From: Auanema rhodensis
Taxonomy: Eukaryota > Animalia > Nematoda
NCBI GenBank assembly: GCA_964057225.1
Contig: OZ059898.1
Span: 9,486,001 to 9,550,000, forward strand
Length of the DNA stretch: 64,000 nucleotides
Reading direction: 5' to 3'
In this document: piece after piece, positions 12,314 through 21,295 of the stretch
How the letters are laid out: each line of letters starts with the position of its first letter
How positions within the stretch are numbered: the first letter of the stretch is position 1
Program-made: the position numbers and the translations under genes
Notes under the pieces: generated by a model
The model's database searches: none
The model's input: the letters and a program-made list of their open reading frames with translations, nothing else
What the model was told of the DNA's origin: nothing

Positions 12314-12646
12314 TATACGTGCTTCTTCCTCAGCTCCAAGAGGCTTTGTATTGTTGGCGATAAATGATTCTCTTCCAGCATTGATTCCGCGTATTATTTC
12401 ATCACCATTTGCATAGTTGCCTTTAGGCAAGTGCAGAATAAATTTTCTATTGGAAAAACGTAGTGTATAAGATAAATCTTTTTGAACATTTAATATAGAA
12501 CAAGGAAAAATGATGTCTGTCAGCCCAATGCAATATCTATTATTGCGTAGCCTTAGTGTTTCAGGTAATCTGGTAAGAAACACTGATGATGTATTACTTT
12601 TTTCAGAGTCAACTGATGATGGAAGAGTAATGTAAAAATCATCCAT
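12314..12646 (-). pseudogene. Polinton minor capsid (penton), 5' fragment
   Basis: Matches the first ~110 aa of 18755-19612 and is truncated at the LTR junction. Confidence 0.9.
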
Positions 12647-12725
12647 GACAAACCACCACTTGATACGTGTACATTATTGCAAATGAAATCATTTGCATTT
12701 TAGGTACATTTACGAGTGGTTGATT

Positions 12726-13373
12726 ATGGTTTTCAGCTTCAAACTACCCAGTCAGACAACTGTAATAGGTGCTACCCAATGCGGTAAAACAACCCTCATA
12801 AAGCACATATGTGAAAATACTGAAAAGTTTTTCAACGTCCCCATTGATAGAATATTCTGGTTCAGTCAATGTGGGTCATCGTCAGGTGTACCAATAAATG
12901 ATGAGCGTTTAATAATTATTCAAGGGCCGCCTGATCATGATTTGATAAAAGAACAAAAGGGAGTAAATACTATACTAGTGCTGGATGATTTGATGAACTT
13001 TTTTTCATCGAATAAAGCAGCAAAGGAATTACAAAACAACATTTTTACAGTATGGGCTCATCACTGGAATTTGGCAGTGTTTAATCTTGTGCAAGCGGCA
13101 TTTCAACTGGACAGGACCAGTCGAATCAATAGTACATATATAATACTGATGAAAAGTCATTCATATATATTACAAATACGTAATTGTCTGCAGCAATTAT
13201 TTGGGCCACATTTCAAAAATGCTCTAGAGGCGTATGATGATGCAATGTCTACTCCCTATAGTCATTTACTGATTGACAATCATCCTTTAACAAGTGAGAA
13301 GCAGCGTATACTATCTGATATAACAGCGGAGAACCCTATTGTTTATGTTGCCAGAAATGTGTTTAGTGTTTAA
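12726..13373 (+). CDS. Polinton A32/FtsK-like packaging ATPase (outer copy)
   Basis: Walker A GATQCGKT, Walker B ILVLDDL, HHWN..LVQ, RINSTY. Confidence 0.9.
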   Translation: MVFSFKLPSQTTVIGATQCGKTTLIKHICENTEKFFNVPIDRIFWFSQCGSSSGVPINDERLIIIQGPPDHDLIKEQKGVNTILVLDDLMNFFSSNKAAKELQNNIFTVWAHHWNLAVFNLVQAAFQLDRTSRINSTYIILMKSHSYILQIRNCLQQLFGPHFKNALEAYDDAMSTPYSHLLIDNHPLTSEKQRILSDITAENPIVYVARNVFSV

Positions 13374-13395
13374 AGTGCTTGTTCAATGAGTGGTC

Positions 13396-14470
13396 AGTAG
13401 AGAGCCGTGCAAAATTTACTAACCACGCCCCCAAACAGTTGCTAAAAACATACTTTTGGGGGCGTCAGCTGCTAAAAACATACTTTTGGGGAGCGTCAGC
13501 TGTCAAAAACATATTTTTGAGCGTCAGCTGTTAAAATCATATTTTGGCATCATGGTTCATGGATTTTCCTTTTTTAAATTTAAAAATCATGATTTAAAGC
13601 ATGATTTTTTTTTTTTTTTTTTCAAATCAAATTTTAAATTTGTTTATTCAAATGTATGTATATAGTTTTAATTATTTTTAAATATATTAAGTAAAAATAA
13701 AAATTATAAATTTTAAATATTTAAATTATATTTAAATTTTATATATATATAAATTATATTTAAACTTTAAATAATTAAATTATATTTAAATTTTATATAT
13801 ATAAATTATATTTAAACTTTAAATATTTAAATTATATTTAAATTTTATATATATAAATTATATTTAAACTTTAAATTTTATATATATAAATTATATTTAA
13901 ACTTTAAATTTTATATATATAAATTATATTTAAATTTTAAATATATAAATTTGTTTTTAAATTTTATTTCTTTCTTTATTTCTTTATTAAATTTATTAAT
14001 AATGTTTGTTTACTTGATTTGTTTATTTTTTATTGTATTGTGTTTGTACTATTTTATTTTAAAGAACAGTAAAATTTTTGCATGTATATCGTTTTGTTCA
14101 CCGTACTTGTTACGGGTAGTTCAATGGAACACATATCGAAGGTTAATTCGATAAGAACGATATGAAATACAAAATTTAATGGAACACATATCGAAGGTTA
14201 ATTCGATAAGAACGATATAAAATACCAAAATTTAATGGAACACATATCGAAAGTTAATTCGATAAGAACGACATTAAATTATTAATTTTTGAAATTACAA
14301 ATTGTTATTAATTATATTTATTCTAACAAGTAAAAGTTTCAAATTAAAAGAAAAGACTAGTTTTAAACTTTATTTTACTAATATAACAATACAATAACTA
14401 AATAGAGCACACATTGAAGGTAAATACAATAAGATTAACAAACAGTTGCGCTGACCTCAATGAAACGCAT
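13396..14470 (+). repeat. Polinton left TIR with 30-bp, AT-rich and 56-bp internal tandem repeats
   Basis: Inverted homology to 28176-29038 and ~33200-34200. Confidence 0.9.
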
Positions 14471-15093
14471 ATCGATGGTTAATAAACAGTAATAACTGCA
14501 CTGTGGGGGTTTAAATATAGTATAATCATTTTAACATTTCAAAAGTTTTAGTTTCGTAATATAATCATTTTTAAATATTCAAGAATGAAATATTTTTACA
14601 TATAAAACGTTGGCAGTCACATGTTTTGTGCTACAATATGGGTGTAAAACTATACTATGAATAATATATGAGCTATTAAGCAAAGTTTAAAAAGCCTAAA
14701 TGTTTTACAGAGATGGCTGTTGTTTATGGCACAAACGGTAAACAATAATGTTTAAAGAGATGTAAAAACTAATTAATATGCAGATTGTTTACAGGTTCAG
14801 AGTGCGCCAACTGTTGGCAACTGTCGATGAGATGAGTATATCTGCATAAATATGCTGTAAAATCTAATTAATAAAAGAATTTCATCAGCAAACTTGATTG
14901 TAACACAATGGGTTGTACTTTACAAAAATCTTTGTATAAAAGGTTGGCAATTTTGCTACATTTACATTTCAGCTCTGCCGACTATCCGAGGATCCGACGT
15001 TTCACCATCTCCTGCCACTCTTTGCCAATCGCCATAGACTGCTCCTCTCTGCAAGTTTGCCTTATATTTTAGAAAGTTGGATCTTTAGCGGAA

Positions 15094-15679
15094 ATGAAGC
15101 GTGCTGTACTTGCTGATGTGACAAATGTTGTGCGCAAATCGCCTGAACCTGAAGTACCACGACCACCCACACCAGCACCAAATTTCACAAGTTTTGGTAT
15201 GAACCTTAACTTGTCTTTTTTAAATCTTTAATTTAGATTCACCAATAAAGCAGATTGAGATTCTGAGAGAGAGCACTCCACCAAGGAGTGTATTAATGAG
15301 ACCGATTTGTCTCTGCAAAACTTGTAGGGAATCATTGCAGGTTATAGACGAGTATCACTGTTTCAGCCTCTGTATAAAGTGTAGAGGAAGGAATGATGCG
15401 TTGGGTCTTTTGAAGGAGTTTCGTCACTATAAGCCCGAAAACTTTTCTATTAATGTAAGCTTGCATATTTATTTATTTTCAATTTTATAATTTTTTTAGA
15501 TGCGCTTTTATAACACCATGACGTGCAAGCAATTGTTGAACAATATGGGCTATATTGTTATATATGCAGATGAGGCTACTGTAAAGACTTTTGGTTATAA
15601 GCAGAATGTATTCTACTTTAAACTAATTCCTGAAGCACTCAACCTGAACATGTTTATCCGCTTTGATCCTTCATTTTGA
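15094..15679 (+). CDS. Spliced Polinton accessory protein, ~166 aa (exons 15094-15196, 15237-15454, 15500-15679); D-box-like N-terminus, CxCxxC...CxxCxxC
   Basis: 40- and 45-bp GT-AG introns give one continuous frame: MKRAVLADVTN...DSPIK...STPPR...CLCKTC...CFSLCIKC...FDPSF*. Confidence 0.65.
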
Positions 15680-15972
15680 CTACAACAAGCACAAATAGTA
15701 CAATTGGCGTTTTATTCTTGTTTTGTTATGTGGCATTTTTATATTCTCAGCCGTAACATTTTTTTTTCCAGCTCTTGCGAATATCCATCAATGGCTCATC
15801 AATTGAGGACGAATGATCAACCAACTGGTAAGAATTTGAAAATTTGAATAGTCTACATTTTTTTTTCCAGGTTGAATTGTTGTTTGTATTTTGCTGGTTT
15901 TTTATTGTTACATTATGCGATATATCAAATAAATCATTTATTATAATTACAATTGTTTATAACATTGAAAAA

Positions 15973-17037
15973 TTATACATTTAAATTTTCTGCATCTATC
16001 CATTCATTAAAGTTGTCGGGATATCCACTCCATTTTACAAATACTTGACGTTTACCGCTTCGAGTACGCTCTTTTAAAACTTTTTCTATATAGTACTTGT
16101 TGCTTTTATTAGTAGCCAAGACAAGTTCAGGTTCGTAGAATATTCCCTTTATACGTTCACCATTATAATCTACAAGTTTATACACGGTTGGGTTTCCGGT
16201 TACAACCTCATCAATTGTGAACAGCTCCATTGTATATCCAGACTCGTAGCTTTTTTCAAAAGTACGCCTATTTTTGCTTATGCGAACAGTATCACCAATT
16301 TTAAAGCGGCTTTTAACAGCTGGTGCATATTCTTCAATGAATATATTTGCTTTAACATCAATGGGCCGCATTTTTATAGAGCGGTTATAAGATTTGTTTA
16401 TTCCTTCAACCAAATCATCTAGGATATCAATCCAACGATGATTATTCTTGTAATAGAGATATTTCATCATGCGTGTTTTTAAAGTTCTATTTGCTCGCTC
16501 CACCATTGCAGCCTTTTGTGGTGAACTTGTAGATCCGTGCAGTATGGCAAACTTTTTGAATAGTTTTTCACAATGACTATTATAAAACTCTGTGCCATTA
16601 TCAGTAATCAACTGAATTGGTATAAAATTCTTGAATAAATTTTCAAATGCACTAGCAACCTCTATACCACCTTTAGTTTTCAAAGGCCTAACATATAACA
16701 TGCGTGAAACATCAATCATGGTCAACATGTAAGCATAGCCGTCGTTTAATTTTTTATATTTTTGCATATCAACCAAATCTGCTTGCACTGTTAGAAATCG
16801 ACCACATCCTCTAGTCTTTCTAGTCTGCATACGCATTCTGGTTGGTTTATGCCGTGTAAAAGTTTCAGAATCTTGCAAAAAATCATCAACTTGTACCTTT
16901 GAAATGCCATGTTTTCGTGCTTGCGATAATAAATTCTTGGCTGATGTATATGAAGCTGGATGTTTTATATCGTAATAAATGCTCGCCAAAATATCATTTC
17001 CATAATCTAATGTAGAACCTTTTACGACCTTGGCCAT
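15973..17037 (-). CDS. Polinton retroviral-like integrase with C-terminal chromodomain
   Basis: QADLVD / TDNGTEF / VERANRT DDE triad, and YYIEKVL...VKWSGY...EWI chromodomain. ATG inferred at MAKVV. Confidence 0.92.
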   Translation of the reverse strand: MAKVVKGSTLDYGNDILASIYYDIKHPASYTSAKNLLSQARKHGISKVQVDDFLQDSETFTRHKPTRMRMQTRKTRGCGRFLTVQADLVDMQKYKKLNDGYAYMLTMIDVSRMLYVRPLKTKGGIEVASAFENLFKNFIPIQLITDNGTEFYNSHCEKLFKKFAILHGSTSSPQKAAMVERANRTLKTRMMKYLYYKNNHRWIDILDDLVEGINKSYNRSIKMRPIDVKANIFIEEYAPAVKSRFKIGDTVRISKNRRTFEKSYESGYTMELFTIDEVVTGNPTVYKLVDYNGERIKGIFYEPELVLATNKSNKYYIEKVLKERTRSGKRQVFVKWSGYPDNFNEWIDAENLNV

Positions 17038-17710
17038 TCTGTGTTTCTCCCGCCTGAGGTGTGTAATATGATTCGGCGGCAGTATCAAAAGTCTTTGACC
17101 TTTTACTTTTGAGTGTACGAACCGGTGATGGTGAATATCGAATAACAGCTTTACGATGACGAGGCGTTCTAGGTAATATAGTAGAGTCCAAGTCTGTAAC
17201 AGCCGGTTCAGCTCTAGTTACAACGTCAACTGAATCATTGTCAGCCGACTCTCTTCTAGTTTGTTTCTTGTTAGAACTAGATACGCCTTTACTGGCTAAA
17301 AACTTTGACAAGACTGAAAATCCATTGGGCTCCGTTTTTGTTTTATCCAGTACAAAATCTAAAATTTTTGTAATATTCGTGTTTGGTACAGCCTCATTAT
17401 TAATCACAAGTTGGTTATTCTTGTTTGTGCGCACCTCTGGAAATTTCTCCCACAAATTGTTATACTTTCTTGGCAACTTGTATTCTGGCAATAGAGGTGG
17501 ATCAACATTTTCCACTTGTACTGATATGGGCGCATCTATACTTTCTCTATAGTTTTTGAGACGAGCAATCAAGTCTTCGTATAGTTCAGCCTTTTTATAG
17601 TCGGGTATAGCTCTATTTTCTCGTAAAAGCTTGAGCTCTGCATCAAACTTGTCTATATTAATTGTTTCCTCGTCGACAGGAATTAGTCGATATTTATGGT
17701 TGAGCTTCAT
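16994..17710 (-). CDS. Polinton uncharacterised protein (238 aa) with basic S/T-P-rich C-terminus
   Basis: Intact in both copies, overlaps neighbouring ORFs in a tightly packed cluster, ends QNGQGRKRF. Confidence 0.8.
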   Translation of the reverse strand: MKLNHKYRLIPVDEETINIDKFDAELKLLRENRAIPDYKKAELYEDLIARLKNYRESIDAPISVQVENVDPPLLPEYKLPRKYNNLWEKFPEVRTNKNNQLVINNEAVPNTNITKILDFVLDKTKTEPNGFSVLSKFLASKGVSSSNKKQTRRESADNDSVDVVTRAEPAVTDLDSTILPRTPRHRKAVIRYSPSPVRTLKSKRSKTFDTAAESYYTPQAGETQNGQGRKRFYIRLWK

Positions 17711-18015
17711 GATTTAAAACCAAAATAGGCAATACCACATGTAACTATTGTTTTCAATTGTTTGTGTGAAAGCGTTGCCAATAATGATTTAGCCTTTTCC
17801 GGTGTGCGTATCAAAGCTATTTGACGTAATAATGAAGATATGGGCAAGAGGGTTTTATATTCCTTGTTAGTTAAAAGAAAATTATTATTTTTCACAATAT
17901 TAAATACAATTTCAACAATAATTTCAATTTGTGCAAAAGAAAATGAGGAAACAGAACAAGGAGTTTTGGCGCAAGAAGACAAAAAGTTGAAATTTGACAA
18001 AATACGACCACTCAT
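17707..18015 (-). CDS. Polinton small uncharacterised protein (102 aa)
   Basis: Intact in both copies. ATGA stop/start overlap with the downstream ORF. EIVFNI motif. Confidence 0.75.
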   Translation of the reverse strand: MSGRILSNFNFLSSCAKTPCSVSSFSFAQIEIIVEIVFNIVKNNNFLLTNKEYKTLLPISSLLRQIALIRTPEKAKSLLATLSHKQLKTIVTCGIAYFGFKS

Positions 18016-18027
18016 TGAACAAGCACT

Positions 18028-18675
18028 TTAAACACTAAACACATTTCTGGCAACATAAACAATAGGGTTCTCCGCTGTTATATCAGATAGTATACGCTGC
18101 TTCTCACTTGTTAAAGGATGATTGTCAATCAGTAAATGACTATAGGGAGTAGACATTGCATCATCATACGCCTCTAGAGCATTTTTGAAACGTGGCCCAA
18201 ATAATTGCTGCAGACAATTACGTATTTGTAATATATCTGAATGACTTTTCATCAGTATTATGTATGTACTATTGATTCGACTGGTCCTGTCCAGTTGAAA
18301 TGCCGCTTGCACAAGATTAAACACTGCCAAATTCCAGTGATGAGCCCATACTGTAAAAATGTTGTTTTGTAATTCCTTTGCTGCTTTATTCGATGAAAAA
18401 AAGTTCATCAAATCATCCAGCACTAGTATAGTATTTACTCCCTTTTGTTCATTTATCAAATCAGGATCAGGAGGCCCTTGAATAATTATTAAACGCTCAT
18501 CATTTATTGGTACACCTGACGATGACCCACATTGACTAAACCAGAATATTCTATCAATGGGGACGTTGAAAAACTTTTCAGTATTTTCACATATGTGCTT
18601 TATGAGGGTTGTTTTACCGCATTGGGTAGCACCTATTACAGTTGTCTGACTGGGTAGTTTGAAGCTGAAAACCAT
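18028..18675 (-). CDS. Polinton packaging ATPase
   Basis: Walker A GATQCGKT and Walker B LVLDDL. Confidence 0.92.
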   Translation of the reverse strand: MVFSFKLPSQTTVIGATQCGKTTLIKHICENTEKFFNVPIDRIFWFSQCGSSSGVPINDERLIIIQGPPDPDLINEQKGVNTILVLDDLMNFFSSNKAAKELQNNIFTVWAHHWNLAVFNLVQAAFQLDRTSRINSTYIILMKSHSDILQIRNCLQQLFGPRFKNALEAYDDAMSTPYSHLLIDNHPLTSEKQRILSDITAENPIVYVARNVFSV

Positions 18676-18754
18676 AATCAACCACTCGTAAATGTACCTA
18701 AAGTGCAAATGATTTCATTTGCAATAGTGTACACGTATCAAGTGGTGGTTTGTC

Positions 18755-19612
18755 ATGGATGATTTTTACATTACTCTTCCATCATCAGTTGACTCTGAAA
18801 AAAGTAATACATCATCAGTGTTTCTTACCAGATTACCTGAAACACTAAGGCTACGCAATAATAGGTATTGTATTGGGCTGACAGACATCATTTTTCCTTG
18901 TTCTGTATTAAATGTTCGAAAAGATTTATCTTATACACTACGTTTTTCCAATAGAAAATTTATTCTACACTTGCCTAAAGGCAACTATGCAAATGGTGAT
19001 GAAATAATACGCGGAATCAATGCTGGAAGAGAATCATTTATCGCCAACAATACAAAGCCTCTTGGAGCTGAGGAAGAAGCACGTATAAAAAGTTTAATAG
19101 ATAAAGATGAAGATGTAAAAAAATGGTATAATAATCGCCAGGCTGAGGCTAAGCTAGTGGAGGAAATGCTCGCAGACGCCACATTTCAGTTTAACAAAAC
19201 ATTGCAGCGCATAGAGTTTGTAACAAGCAAGCGACTATTAATGAATGCAACGCTTGATGATGATTTTGCATATTTTCTTGGTTTTGAAAATAAAAACATC
19301 AACGATACAATAATAGCCAGGGGTCCCATTGATTTTTCAAATAACATTAATACAATGTATATATATTGTGATATTGTAGAATATTCCATTCTTGGTAATG
19401 TGAAAGCTAATTTACTTGCATGTTTGCCTGTACCACCTCCTACTGAATTTGGTAAAATGATTGCCAAAACATTTAATCCTATTCGTTATGTACCAATCAC
19501 TAGACAAACACTCGATACCATATGTATTGAAATTTTAGATGAATTTGGTCGTCCTATGCAATTTAATTATGGTTCTACAGTTGTTACATTGCATGTTAAA
19601 AATATGAAATAA
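18755..19612 (+). CDS. Polinton minor capsid protein (penton, single jelly-roll)
   Basis: Typical motifs DFYITLPS, NTSSVF, YIYCDIVEYSILG, PIRYVP, DEFGRP and VVTLH. Confidence 0.88.
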   Translation: MDDFYITLPSSVDSEKSNTSSVFLTRLPETLRLRNNRYCIGLTDIIFPCSVLNVRKDLSYTLRFSNRKFILHLPKGNYANGDEIIRGINAGRESFIANNTKPLGAEEEARIKSLIDKDEDVKKWYNNRQAEAKLVEEMLADATFQFNKTLQRIEFVTSKRLLMNATLDDDFAYFLGFENKNINDTIIARGPIDFSNNINTMYIYCDIVEYSILGNVKANLLACLPVPPPTEFGKMIAKTFNPIRYVPITRQTLDTICIEILDEFGRPMQFNYGSTVVTLHVKNMK

Positions 19613-19617
19613 ACGTT

Positions 19618-20082
19618 TTATTCAACAGTTATACAATACCACATTTTTATTTTCGAAGGTTTAAAAGATAGTTTAGGGCAGTTTTGTTTGTCGCTCGGCT
19701 CGTGTTGTGAATGTTCTCCGTCACTATTGCTGCGGCATCTTTTTGATTGGGTTGAATGTACAAACTCCTCAGCTTTTTCAAAGGGTTTGCTGGTATCATT
19801 TCCATCACCATCTTCACTATTCGTTCCATTATTATTATGAATACGCCGAATATGACGCTCACAATTGAATCTTGTTCCAAAAGTTTCACTACAATGAGGG
19901 CACAAACGTCTACGAACACCATCCAAATGTCCATATTTTTGAATAAAGTCAGCATTGCTGATATAATTGTTACATATGGGTTGAATCCCTGCATGTCTTT
20001 TCAAAACGTGATCACTAAAATGCTTGGTTGAAGAAAATATTTCCTTGCATGTACCACAATATTTGTTACATAAAAGTTCCAT
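19618..20082 (-). CDS. Polinton protein with two C2H2 zinc fingers
   Basis: YCGTCKEIFSSTKHFSDHVLKRH and LCPHCSETFGTRFNCERHIRRIH. Confidence 0.8.
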   Translation of the reverse strand: MELLCNKYCGTCKEIFSSTKHFSDHVLKRHAGIQPICNNYISNADFIQKYGHLDGVRRRLCPHCSETFGTRFNCERHIRRIHNNNGTNSEDGDGNDTSKPFEKAEEFVHSTQSKRCRSNSDGEHSQHEPSDKQNCPKLSFKPSKIKMWYCITVE

Positions 20083-20335
20083 TAGAGGAAAATGAAAAAC
20101 GACCACACGCAATCAACCCACTTTTATATAATGAGCAATAATATGACTAGTGTTGTACAAAAGCCCAATCCCAATGCTATACCTTTAATAAATGGCACTG
20201 AAATACATTTCAACATTCTCCTGTATAAAGGCGCTGGTTTAGATTGCTCCAACGTGTATTTGACACATAATTCACAGTGACAAGGAATATTCATAACTGA
20301 CCACGTAATGTAGCAGGTTATTAATGACAAATTTC

Positions 20336-20791
20336 TTATATAGTAGCCAATTTATAGTCGAATACTTTATGCATAAACGCTTTAATAAAGACATCATCAT
20401 TTTTCAATAGTTTAAAAAATGAACAAATGCTTTCAAATGAATTACCAGCCGACAACATTAGTATTACAAATACCACGTAGCCACCACAAGTGTATTCAAT
20501 TATACGTTGTGGTTTGCAAGTATTAATTTTTACCTTTTTATATTTGGCCAGATAATTTTGAATGTACTTGTTCATTTTATATCCCAAGCTACAGAAAAAA
20601 TAGGCTTGCTTGTTACGGACAAAGATGACCTGCCAATGTGTGCCTGGCTTATCATGTGTGTCAGTATTTACGACAAGTGCAAAGTTTTTACGACGCGTTT
20701 TGGGTAGAGTATCAGCGCTATATACACCGAGGAATAGTTTCCGAGTGCTGGGTACAGATTGCAATAGTGATACTATTTCAGACGAATACAT
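20336..20791 (-). CDS. Adenain/Ulp1-like cysteine maturation protease
   Basis: FLGVYSAD, NTDTHDKPGTHW, Q...TCGGY. Confidence 0.88.
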   Translation of the reverse strand: MYSSEIVSLLQSVPSTRKLFLGVYSADTLPKTRRKNFALVVNTDTHDKPGTHWQVIFVRNKQAYFFCSLGYKMNKYIQNYLAKYKKVKINTCKPQRIIEYTCGGYVVFVILMLSAGNSFESICSFFKLLKNDDVFIKAFMHKVFDYKLATI

Positions 20792-20842
20792 TTTAGTAGA
20801 ATGATCTAGTGTAACTTTTGTATTGCGCGCGTGCGGTTCGAT

Positions 20843-21295
20843 ATGCCGCACCTCCTTTTGGATGTCAACTCTATTCAATGGACAACACTTTTAAATCAAC
20901 AAATGGGTGGCGCCCCATTTAGCGGAATGATGTTTCAACATGGAATGCAGAGGGGTCATGGTTTGGGTGGTATTTTGGCAACTTTGGCATCATTTCTACC
21001 ACGCATCATTCAATCACCTATAGCCCAAAATCTCATCAATGCCGGAAGAAACGCCTTATCCAGTGCTGTAAGCAATAGTCCAGTTGTAAATTCACCTCTT
21101 GGCGGACAGTTGCTGAAAACTGGTAATGAAATTGTCGATGGGGTGCTGAAAGGCGATAATATCAAGGAAACTCTTAAAACAGCCGGCCGACAAGCTATAC
21201 GAGATCTTACCGGCTTGGGCAAACGGCGACGACGCAAAACCACAAAACCTCATAAGCGGTTGTGCATCACTCGTGAGCGGTCGTTTCACATTTAA
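20843..21295 (+). CDS. Putative virion core / membrane-active protein (protease substrate)
   Basis: QMGG, MQRGHGLGGILATLASFLP amphipathic segment and basic tail GLGKRRRRK. Its stop abuts the MCP ATG. Confidence 0.7.
   Translation: MPHLLLDVNSIQWTTLLNQQMGGAPFSGMMFQHGMQRGHGLGGILATLASFLPRIIQSPIAQNLINAGRNALSSAVSNSPVVNSPLGGQLLKTGNEIVDGVLKGDNIKETLKTAGRQAIRDLTGLGKRRRRKTTKPHKRLCITRERSFHI

Larger units (their letters stand above)
12314..13395. mobile_element. Outer (target) Polinton remnant, left part
   Basis: Inverted near-identical copy of ~18006-19087. Confidence 0.9.

Noticed and set aside
14120-14275. CRISPR-like palindromic repeats in the TIR
   Set aside because: The whole 56-bp unit is repeated, with no variable spacers.
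14620-15040. Additional small spliced gene(s) upstream of the D-box gene
   Set aside because: Splice-like signals and a short frame with synonymous differences between copies (FRVRQLLATVDEM) exist, but I could not build a full start-to-stop model.
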